From Hormiphora californensis (lineage: Eukaryota; Animalia; Ctenophora), in the NCBI GenBank assembly GCA_020137815.1, contig CM035354.1, positions 3,720,001 through 3,784,000 on the forward strand: 64,000 nt of DNA. The letters run 5' to 3'. The position numbers and the translations under genes were made by a program. Positions 27,138-37,479 of this stretch are shown piece by piece. Positions within the stretch are counted from its first letter, which is position 1, and each line of letters starts with the position of its first letter. The notes beneath the pieces are model-generated. The model made no database searches. It was not told the origin of the DNA and was given only the letters and a program-made list of their open reading frames with translations.

Positions 27138-27632
27138 GATGCCGGCCCCGGGCCCCCTACCCCCAAATAGAAAAGGAGTTATTAGCGGTAAAAAGAAAAA
27201 TCCCCCTAGCGGTGGGGGGGGGGTGTTCGGGATAAGTGGTTCCGACTTCCACAAAAATTTACGTCATATTGCCAGGGCGAAACGAAAAAAGACCATCACA
27301 GTTCATGGGAGCGGACCGTGTCTTAGAAGTCGTAGAAAACGCTTTAATCGGGTGGCCACTGGCCAATATGACGGAGTACTATGTGCAAAAAACTTTCCAG
27401 CTGTACCCCTACTTGTTTTCTACACTTTACCGAGGACCGATCTTTACTTTCGTGTGATAGTGTACTGAAAGTCCCGCCGATATTTATCAGTAGGGGCAGT
27501 AGGCACCACACACGGCATTTTCGAGAATTCTCGAAAATGTTTAGGTCAGTACCACGTGACCAGTTTCAACTAATCACAGTGCAGAACAGCCCTTATGATG
27601 TGCGGATGACATGTGCGTGCTGGAGCTGTTGT

Positions 27633-28533
27633 GAATGAATGAATGAATGAATATCACAATTTATATTAGAGTTCTTAACAGACTCTTCCCGCTCTTACAC
27701 TATAGACATATATAGTTAAGTATATATATCCTACAAGGCCGAGAGGGTAAGAGCATCGACAGTTACCTAAAGCGGGGTAACATATATAGAAACAGTCCGA
27801 TAGATAAAGTTCAGTTCGCTATCCGACTTGGATCACATTGTTTGATGTAATAATTGCCACCTGGATCATCTGTCCGAACCCGTTTCAAGGTGGCCAGCAG
27901 AGCTTTTCGCTCCTTTAGTTGGGAGGGGTTAAGATCCGGTGACAGATATATGGTAGAGTGTTTTTTTGGATTCTTTGAGCTGCCGTCCCTTCTTCAGCAG
28001 CGCCAAAAGGGTTGCTCTCTTCTCAAGAGATACCAAGAGCGGCCTAGGGCGTTCCTCGTTTCTCTCACCGATACGTTTCATGTTAGCAACTTTCGGTTTC
28101 TCCGTTCAGTTCTTCAAATAGCTCATCCAACATTGGTTCATCAGCATTCTCAGTTGATTCTGGGAGCCCAAATATTACCAAGTTCTTCTCTCGATTTGTC
28201 TGGGTATTACTGTAGCAGAAAGAGGCTTAGAAGTTGGTGGCTTAGGGGGAGTTGGTAGCTTTTTCGCCATAGGGGAGGCTGCGGCATAGTTTTGAGCCAG
28301 GACTGTCGAGTAGGCTTTCACCTTCTGCACTGACGTTTCCACTGAGCTCAGTTGTTCTTTCTGGCATTGATGACCGTTTGTTGCAGTTCAATGATCAAAC
28401 ACGATTTCGTTCAAGCTCTCTTTGCACACAGAGAGTTGCTTCTCGAGTTTTTCTGCTGTGATTACGGTGTTCAAATTGTTCATCGCTGCTTGAGCAAGTT
28501 TAGCACTGGAAACAAAGAGGTTGGTGGTGACAT
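27633..28533 (-). mobile_element. Decayed LINE ORF1-only retroelement B with (ATTC)n tail
   Basis: REKNLVIFGLPES, RIGE...RPRPLLVSL, IYLSPDL...ERK (LINE ORF1 RRM/CTD-type motifs). Short 3' UTR, then ATTC repeats at 27633-27652. No ORF2. Confidence 0.75.
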
Positions 28534-29443
28534 AAACTTGAAACTTGAAACTTGAAAATAAATTGAGGCTATCAAACAAATGACCACCTTTCAACTCAAC
28601 TGTCCTTTCCTCGCTCACCACTTCTAAACTCAACAAATTTAATTTCAATTCTCAGTAGTCCCTGGTGCTTCTACCACCTCCTTCCCACGAATGAAGTAGT
28701 GTTTTCCAGGAGACCTTTGAACCATTTCCTTCAGTCGATCAACAAGCTGTTTTCTCTCATTTCGTTCCTCCAAAGTCCGTCAGGCGAAATGTAGCTTTAT
28801 CGAACTTGCCGGTCCTTTTTAGTCGGGATTTTTTCGACAGGATCGACATCTGAGCGTCTCTGCTCTTCAGTACGACTTTCACTGGTCTGACAGTTAAAGA
28901 CTGCCTTCCCATGCGCTCCACTGATTTCACGTTCTGAGTTTCTCCTAGCTCAACAAGAAGAGACTCAACTTGAGTTTCAAGCTCTACGCTACTATTTATT
29001 GACTCTTCCAGGCCATGGATGATAATGTTGCATCAACAACTTGTTTTGGAGAAAGGTCCTTGAGACGATGTTTGAAGAATGTCCCCATGTTATTTTCGGT
29101 TGGGCCCGAGCAATCAGGAGTAAAATCCCTCGCAGGTGCATATTTGATGGAATTATAGCACTGACTAACGTTCTCGGGTGTGATACTTATCTGTTGTTCG
29201 GGAACAGCAGCCCAATGCAGCCGTTCAACTCCCAAAACAAAGTCATCAATGGATTCGATCAGTTGTTTTATCTTGGGGTTATCGCCCTCGTACGGTAAGC
29301 GAAGAATATTATCCAATCTTTTATCTTGATACATCGGCTTCATTATCAGCGTTTCACTTTTCTGCCCTTTGGGGCGGTCACATCACCATATCTACCTGCT
29401 CAAATTAATTTGTTTAAAGTAGTGTTGAAAAGTTTGAAACTTG
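28534..29443 (-). mobile_element. Decayed LINE ORF1-only retroelement A with spliced-leader-like 5' end and (TTTCAAG)n tail
   Basis: CNIIIHGLEES, VERMGR...RPVKVVL, TLEERNERKQLV...HYFIRG. Tail at 28534-28555. CAAGTTT at both ends. Confidence 0.78.
29399..29441 (-). other. Spliced-leader-like sequence (ctenophore type), not followed by a GT donor
   Basis: AGTTTCAAACTTTTCAACACTACTTTAAACAAATTAATTTGAG followed by CAGGTAGATATG. Identity with the Pleurobrachia SL is recalled from memory and was not aligned. Confidence 0.75.
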
Positions 29444-30158
29444 TCACGCGGTACAAACCTAAACATTTCCGAGATTGCTCATCGTGGTATGGCGGTAAGC
29501 GTTTAAAAAATTGAGACCCTGGTGTCGATTTGGTGTTTTCAGGGGCGGCGTTACGATATGGGTGTTTGGTGGCCTGTTCACAGGTGCCCCCTGCCAAAAA
29601 GCCCCCTGCACTAAAATGGTTCTAAACGCCAAACCACTCAACCGTTTTGGCTAATCCAAATTTTATATGATGGGAAATGTCAAGGCCTAACTCCAACCCA
29701 AGCCCCAACCCTAACCCTAACCGTACTTCAGCCCTAACGAAAATTCACTAACCCCAACAGCCCTAACCCTAAAAACTTTTCTTTTTTTTTTAGAAATTCA
29801 CTAACCCCAACACCGATTGGCATCACTTTCCGACAGCCGAAGAGAAGCTGCCGAAGAGAGAAAGGGGGTAACCGTATGAAGAGTTAATCGCGATGAGTCT
29901 CATTCACATTGGGTTCGATCATTTGCCCCCGGTGTTGGGTTAGTAATAAATAAATAAATCTTAAAATCACTCACTCAAATAAACAATAAATATTACAAAT
30001 AAAAAGTCAGTCAGTAAAATCACACATTGCGATGGGAGGTGGAGTCGTGAACTTTTTCCTCGTGCCCCTCAGTGAGACCAAGGTACTTCTGAGGAGACAG
30101 AACCGTATCCGCGTTCTCAAGAAATTAATCACCTCAGCGTATTTGTCCTTGTGTTTAA

Positions 30159-30384
30159 AGTACACCCCAAACTACTATGTCCCTCACTCAGGTTTTGTGA
30201 AATTTCCCACGGTCATAACTCCACTCCCTGATGAGATAGAGACTTGAAATTTGTTTTGTACGAAGAACTCGATATAATCTCCCTACAAAACAAATTTCAA
30301 GTCTCTATCTTATCAGGGGGTGGAGCTATGGCCGTCTAAAATCCGGTCGCGCGCAGCAAGGGACATAGTAGTTTGGGGGAACCT
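30159..30384. mobile_element. Palindromic MITE at a TTAA-type site (Kolobok-like AG...CT ends)
   Basis: CCCCAAACTACTATGTCCCT / AGGGACATAGTAGTTTGGGG plus inner arms GATAGAGACTTGAAATTTGTTTTGTA and its reverse complement. Confidence 0.7.
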
Positions 30385-30402
30385 TTAGTTGAGATTTTTT
30401 AA

Positions 30403-30683
30403 CCCTAAAAACCGTGAGTGCTGACACTCTTTTTTAGCGAGCGGCCTGGTGGCGCGCTACAAATCTACTGCGCGCGCACTGTAGCTGCCATAACTTTGAA
30501 TTCTAGCGCGTTACAATACAGTGTTACGGATTTTACCTTTAAAAAAAAAAAAAAAAAAAAAATTTAAAATAAAATCGTGAAAAATGTTGACTGTTGAGAA
30601 GCACTTTGGCCTTTGGGCCAGCGTTAAAATAAATTTTATGGGTGTTTAGACTTTAGAGTGTCAGCACTCACGGTTTTTTAGGG
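30403..30683. mobile_element. piggyBac-type MITE
   Basis: TTAA|CCCTAAAAACCGTGAGTGCTGACACTCT ... AGAGTGTCAGCACTCACGGTTTTTTAGGG|TTAG. Confidence 0.72.
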
Positions 30684-30719
30684 TTAGGGCTAAAGTACGC
30701 ACGTACCGTTAGGGTTAGG

Positions 30720-30830
30720 GTCTGTCTGGCGCCGCCGACCCCATCCTGTCTGGCGCCCCATACCCAATTTGAGAATCAAATGGGGTATGGCGCCGCCATA
30801 CAGACCCCATCTGAGCGCCGCCATACAGGT
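30720..30830. repeat. Dispersed GC-rich palindromic repeat family
   Basis: CTGTCTGGCG...CAGA motifs shared with 34777-34860 and 39895-39940. Confidence 0.55.
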
Positions 30831-31062
30831 AAGGGTTAGGGATTGAAATTTCTTGGCAGTGTGCACCTGTAAACAGACCTGCAAACACCTAGATCATAAC
30901 AGCGCCCAGCACTTTGGCATCTCTCTTGGAATGCACTGCAGCCTCCTCATAGACTAGAAGGGCCTACAGCGTATGCTAAGTATCTCTCAAGGAGGTACAA
31001 GGAGGTATCGTCTCAAGAAAGTATCGTCTATTCTAATGAACCTCTCACAACACAATACAATA

Positions 31063-31162
31063 CTGTCAGGCCAATGCTCTGACCACAGTTCTCGCGCGCT
31101 CCGCGTGCAGAACAGAATGAGAATAGGAATGAGAATACCGGGTCAGGCCAATGCTCTGACAG
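31063..31162. mobile_element. MITE family A, copy 2
   Basis: Same termini; TSD ATACAATA / ATACAACA. Confidence 0.82.
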
Positions 31163-31302
31163 ATACAACACAAGTTCACTGCTGACTATTTGTCGACCGT
31201 GAAATGACTATTGACTAATTAGACTAATAAATCATCTGGTCGAAAACTTCCCCTCTCTGTATTACCACTACCTTGGTTACGAAGATACCTATTACATACA
31301 TC

Positions 31303-31430
31303 ATACCTCACACTCTCAGTCCTCAGATACCTCGGCCTCAGACTCTCAGATACCTCACACTCTCAGATACCTCACACTCTCAGATACCTCACACTCTCAG
31401 ATACCTCGGCCTCAGACTCTCAGATACCTC
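31303..31430. repeat. 17-bp-based tandem repeat
   Basis: Unit CAGATACCTCACACTCT with variants. Confidence 0.85.
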
Positions 31431-31550
31431 TCGAATTTCTTACTAACTTCTCTGGGACCTAATCCATTGATATGGGCCATATCCAGAATACGCAACCAGA
31501 GATACACTTCGTCACTTCTGTTCACCTGTTTGGAGAGCCTACTATACAGC

Positions 31551-31613
31551 TTGGTGACATAGACACCTGGCGCAATGGTGTGCGGGGGTCACGCCAGGTG
31601 TCTATGTCACCAA
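31551..31613. mobile_element. 63-bp hairpin MITE with 9-bp TSD (Mutator-like)
   Basis: Perfect 22-bp TIR TTGGTGACATAGACACCTGGCG. TSD CTATACAGC at 31542-31550 and 31614-31622. Confidence 0.85.
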
Positions 31614-33007
31614 CTATACAGCTACACTGAAGTGTTGAGCAACGGCCCTAATGGCTAATACCCGACAAATCAGAAGTATCTGAGGAAGGATGATTTGTTG
31701 AAGCTACGTATATCAGAACTCGGAAGTGCTGCCTGGTAACTCGGTAAGTTGATAAGACGATAAGTACCTAGAGAATGTTGTGGTTTGGAACTTGGTGGAA
31801 TCAATGAAATCATGTACTGGTCGACCAGAGCACGTGATTTCATTGATTCCACGAACCAGCTACTGTAGTTGCAGCTTATGGTTGTTAATTTCTGCAGCAG
31901 GCGCATGGGAGGGGTTCTAGCTGGAGCAGAGTAGTAGGAAAAGTAGTTTTGTACTTTCGAATTGTCAAACGTTCTCTCTAGTGACTACATAATCTTTCAC
32001 TTTATCACACTGTTTCTTGTGATCTCCCTCACTCTCTGTCTCTTGCTCACTCTGTAGTCTCTCCCTTAGTCTATCTATATATATCACCGTCTCTCTCCAT
32101 CTCTCATTCTACGATCTCTCTTTTTGTCCCTCCAGTTGAACACTAAAATTACCGAAGATGATCTGTGCAAATGTCAGTCGGCGTGTGCTTCAAATACACA
32201 CGTGTACTGTGTGTCTTGAACTAGTGAATGGACAATGGTTACCGTTAATCGGTCAGAGATAGAGAGAGAGATAGAGAGATAGTGGGAGAGAGAGAGAGAG
32301 AGAGAGATAAAGAGAGAGAGAAAAGCTTCAACTTTATTGAGGTACTAAACCAGTGCTAAAAATTTAACGGAGGTAGACAACGTGTTATAGATAGAGAGAA
32401 AGAGATTGGAGAGAAATTACGTCAATAAGCTTGTTGTAGGGTGGAGTAGAGGAAGCTTGTGTAGTTTGATGGGGTGTTATAGTTGTATTCACGATAGCAT
32501 TCTCTTTCTCTCTCTCTTTCTCTCTCGTCCTTTCTCTGTCTCTCCCTCTGTCTCTCTCTCTATATCCCTCTCTCCCTCTCCCTCTCTCTCAATGCCATTC
32601 ACTTATCCTCTAACCCTCTCTCCATCTAGGCTCTAAACCACAAGTGCTAATATAAGCGTCTTGTCTCTCTCCTTGCAGCTACTCTCTATCTCGCTCCCTA
32701 TCCCTCCCTCTCTCTCTCCCTCCCTCCCTCGCTATCTATCCCTCTCTCCCGCCCTCCTCCCTATCTATCTATCTCTTTCCCTCCTCCTCTAACAGTGCCC
32801 TAACACCATTCTACATCCCAATCTTTGCTGTTGTTTGTTGCGTGACGTTGCATGGCTCTCCAATCCAGCTGATTCTCCCAGATCCATTCATACCTGTTGA
32901 CTTGTAGTTGAATCACCCTTTGTATACAACAAAGGGAAACATATATAGCTTGTACTGATCCCCCTCTTGGTCTCATTCTCCATCTCTCTCACTTCTCTCT
33001 CTCACCC

Positions 33008-33061
<54 letters not shown>

Positions 33062-34196
33062 TCTCTCTCACTCTATAGAATACAAGCGCCAGAAAGTATT
33101 CATTCCACTCTTTACCCTCTTTGCCCAGTTGACGTATGCTCCAAATATGTTTACCGATTGTGTTTAAATCTAAAACTGGACCCAGCAGACAAACGAGTTG
33201 TCTACAGTTTCATTGTTTCCCAATTTTACAGCCAGCCATATTGCATCACTTTAGATTCTATAGAATCGGTATTGTTCCACAGTTCTTTAGTTCGTATTGT
33301 TCAGATCTGGCTAAACAGGAAATCCAAATCAATATTGAGAGTGCTCTATCCCTTGGAGAGCGTTTCAAAATACAACGAAAACAATTTTCTAAGCTTACGA
33401 ACGATTCATGATACAAGTACCACTCTTCAGTTTTCTTTGTATTTTGTAAACAGGAGAACCTGTAGTTTTACCAATGAAAAGTATCGTTCTTCCTTAGCTT
33501 TTGGTTTTGTAAATGTGAAATTGGCTGCATATTTCAAATATCAAGTTCATGTAAAACACGAAACTCAAGGCTCTATGACAGTCGTACGGTATCTATTTTG
33601 TTCCAACGAAATCACGGAGCTTATATGCAACAAAATTTGTTAGACTTCACCGTTTTAATCTTGTTAGGCTGAATTGAACACGTTGTTCTGCCTTGATGTC
33701 ATTGTTTTTTAGTTCACCCCCAGTTCACCCTATATTTCACTGAAATTTCAACGGAAATGTTGTTGCCAATCTGTTGTGTATAGCTCGATTTAGTTTCATA
33801 CCACCTTTCATGTTTCCCTACTGATACCCGGATGTAATTGTTATATTTCTTGTAGGTCGACCGCTCTACCATCACCATAATGAACAACAAATCACGGTGA
33901 AACTTGTTTTCGGTCGGGGAGAGAGAGGGTCGAATAAATCACGGTGAAATATGGATATGTCCAGACGGGGGAGTGAGGGCTGATGCATTTCATCGAATAT
34001 ACGAATGGAGGAAAACATCTGCTACAGCACAAAGCATCAGGTCTGTATCACCCTTAGTCTGCCTGTAGCCCGACCCGATCTGTCGAGACGGTCCTGCCAG
34101 ACTGGCATCCTTTGAATTATGTGCCTTTGCAGCGGCCTAAATATCAGTAATATACAATTTATACATACCACTCACTAACTAGTCACTCTAACCTAG

Positions 34197-35355
34197 AGCG
34201 GAACAGAGGCGCAAAGCGAAGATTGGGTTCCGTCTTCTCTTTTACATTCTCATCAACTGCTTCTACATCCTTGTTGGCACATTCGTGTTCATGGCGACCG
34301 AGATCCGCCAGAAACAACCCGAGCAACCAAAGTGGCTACAGAACTATACCACCGTGGAAGCAGTGAGTAGAAACCTGTCAGGCCAAATATACTGTGACCA
34401 CATTTCTTGCGTACTCCTTATTTGAAGAAATGAAAATATGATCAGGTCAATGCTCTGACAGATAGAAACAGAGAGTTGTGATTTATTTAGTGCAGAACTT
34501 TGATTTGTAGCTGATGTTTTAATTTCAAACCATTCTTGTTGATGGCCCCTGTTTGATTCATATCCCTACACACAGAGAGAGAAACTTTTGAAGATAGCAG
34601 ATTTGCAGTGCAAATTAGTGAGTACTAAACCATGGAATTTCCATCACTCCCTCCACCTAACCTACAGCATTATTACAACTATAGGTAGGTTTTAATACCT
34701 ATACGGTGTCATTCCGATACGGTATACCAAACACCGAATTATTAATTTGGTGTTTTACAATCACTTTGATGAGCCGGTCTGTCTGGCGGTGCCAAACCCC
34801 GTTTTGATTCTCAAATGGGCACGACAGTGCGCTCAGATGGGGTCTGCGGCGCCAGACAGGTTTGAATGAAACACAGACATAGCACGCCAGTACTGATATT
34901 TGACATACTTTCAGGTTGGGGAGAGATCACAACGGTAACACCCGCTGGCAAGGCCTTCACTATCGTATACGCTATCTTCGGGTTTCTACTATTTATTATG
35001 TGCGTAGCCAGTGTTCGCCTATTTCTCAACACAGTCATTGGAAAGGTCAGTTTACCTCCCCCCTCTATAGATCAGTTTATTTTGGTAACTCGGAACTTCG
35101 CTCTCTCTAGGGTTGGTAACTCCCCCCCCATCTCTCTAAAGTTTTACCTTGGTAACTCCCCCACTCTCTAGATCAGTTTACCCCATCTCTCTAAAATTGT
35201 ATCTTGCACTAGACTGCTCATCTTCTAGTGGTCTGGTGCTGGAGTTAGACAAGTCTATCTATAAATTGAAACAAAGAGACTTCTAGTTAAGTAGTCTTTT
35301 TAGTGGTTCGTTAGCCTATTTACTAATGAATATATTCATTTTTATTCCTTAAAAC

Positions 35356-35414
<59 letters not shown>

Positions 35415-36232
35415 GAGTTGGGTTTATTGAACAACAAGTAACAACCTCGTAATATCTCAGGTATCAGATTGGGCAGCGGTTTGGGCAGTCAGAAAGATAA
35501 AATCACGGAGGAAAGCACGGGCCCGATTTAAACTCTCTATCACGGTACTCATCATAGTACTCCTCTGGGTGGGGAATGCTTTCTTTGCAAAGTATTCAGC
35601 ACAGAGAGAATGGAGCTGGTAAGTGGCGAGAGGGGGTACTACAGCTTGTTGTCCCAAATCCAGTAAATCCACCCCACCACCCCCGATCTTACTGAACAAC
35701 TGCTCCAACTATAGGTCCCACTAACCACATCCCTAACCACACTCCTAACCACATTCCTATATTGACCAGGTTGGAGTCGTGGTATACCATCTTCGTTGCC
35801 GTGACAACGATAGGATTCGGAGATAAAGGTCGTCATAGACTACCGACAATGGAGATGACGATCACACAGAGAAAAACTTCTTTCACTGAGCAAATCCAAC
35901 AGCTCAGTTTCATGATCAGTATATTTGCGATCCTGGTCCTATTTTCCACGCTGTTCGAGCAGTGGAAGAGAAACAATGTCCAGCTAGTCAGCAAGAGAAT
36001 CAGTACATTAGTGAACTCATATGCGAGTGTAGAGTCCAGATCAGGTCGGAGACTCGGCGGTAATTTTAATATGATCGGAGGTGAAATAACGGCATCTGGT
36101 ACCGGGGCTATGGGTTTACTAGTTGCTGCTGGTGGGAGTCTCAGACGGCAACATAACGGTGGTTTAGACGATATCAGGGAGACGCATTGTGAGCACTGTG
36201 GGAGGGATCACGAAGGACGATGTGTCGTGTGA
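34197..36232 (+). CDS. Two-pore-domain (K2P/KCNK-like) potassium channel; start unresolved; exons ~34197-34362, ~34577-34684, 34915-35045, 35461-35618, 35770-36232
   Basis: TM1 FYILVGTFVFMATE. P1 WNFHHSLHLTYSIITTIG|WGE. TM2 AGKAFTIVYAIFG. P2 EWSWLESWYTIFVAVTTIGFGD. Splice phases are consistent. Confidence 0.88.
34375..34461. mobile_element. MITE family A, copy 3 (diverged)
   Basis: CTGTCAGGCCAA...TGCTCTGACAG; TSD GTAGAAAC / ATAGAAAC. Confidence 0.75.
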
Positions 36233-36316
36233 GATTAGTGGTGTTGACTGTTGCCTCCTTGTAATACTAATTATTAGTTGGAATGAAATATAATACAGCG
36301 TTTTTATGAAGTACTA

Positions 36317-37479
36317 GGCCAGTCGTATGACGTTTATTTCTGGACATAAAAGTTGTAAATCTAATTCCACTTCTATTGCACTCTAATAGGTCCCTAGAAA
36401 CACCACAAAAACAGCCCGGTCGGTACGTGGTGGAGAACTTGCCTTAATTGGGCCTAATTGGTTACAAGGTATTTTCAGCCTGAAGCCAAAACCATAAGTA
36501 CCCTTAGAATAGGAGTAGAGAAAAAACCAAGGGCATTAAAGTGATCAGCGTCCTCGCATTAGTGGGGGTAGGTGCTGGAATTAAGTCTCTATCTAATCTG
36601 GTTAATTAGATAATTGGATAATTAGATGTGCACAAAGCCGTTGTATGGTTATATGGTAAAAACCGTCTTAGGAAACGAGTAGAGAAAAAACCGAGGGCAC
36701 TAAAGTCATCAGCGTCCTCGAATTAGTGGGGGTAGACGCCAATGAAAAGTCTCTATCTTATCTGGTTAATTAGATAATTGGATAATTAGATCTGCGCATA
36801 GCCGTTTTTGGCCATATGGCTATAGCCACTTAGAAATGGTTTAGAAACTTTTCACTGGTGCCATTTTGTAGGCAATGGCCAAGTTATGGGGGGTCGACGC
36901 CGGACTTTTAAGCTCTATCTCCAACCGTTTAGCCGTTATTTGACTTTAAAAGTGCTCAAAATGAGCAAAAAACGGTAAAAAGCCCGATTTTTAGCACATT
37001 TAAAGCCGAATAACGGCTAAACGGTTGGAGATAGAGCTTAAAAGTCCGACGTCGACCCCCCATAACATGGCCATTGCCTACAAAATGGCACCAGTGAAAA
37101 GTCTCTAAACCATTCCTAAGTGGCTGTAGCCATATAGCCAAAAAACGGTTATGCGCATAACTAATTATCCAATTATCTAATTAACCTGATGAGATAGAGA
37201 CTTAATTCCAGCACCTACCCCCACTAATGCGAGGACGCTGATCACTTTAATGCCCTTGGCTTTTTCTCTACTCCTATTCTAAGGGTACTTATGGTTTTGG
37301 CTTCAGGCTGAAAATACCCTGTAACCAATTAGGCCCAATTAAGGCAAGTTCTCCACCATGTACCGACCGGGCTGTTTTTGTGGTGTTTCTAGGGACCTAT
37401 TAGAGTGTAATAGAAGTGGAATTATGTTTACAACTTTTCTGTCCATTTTTTATTTAAATCAGACGTCATACGACTGGCC
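36317..37479. mobile_element. 1.16-kb foldback element flanked by TA, with an internal ~170-bp duplication
   Basis: TA|GGCCAGTCGTATGACGT...ACGTCATACGACTGGCC|TA. Long inverted arms centred near 36970. The left arm carries an extra tandem unit (~36510-36850). Confidence 0.85.

Noticed and set aside
26660-27240. Frameshifted DUF1295 pseudogene
   Set aside because: The same low-quality signature is present and the clean 3' part is intact.
29340-29441. Functional SL RNA gene
   Set aside because: The leader is followed by CAG rather than GT, I see no clear Sm site, and the downstream sequence is ORF1-like.
33158-33643. 161-aa ORF
   Set aside because: AT-rich with a non-ATG start and no motif; possibly a decayed element, but unsupported.
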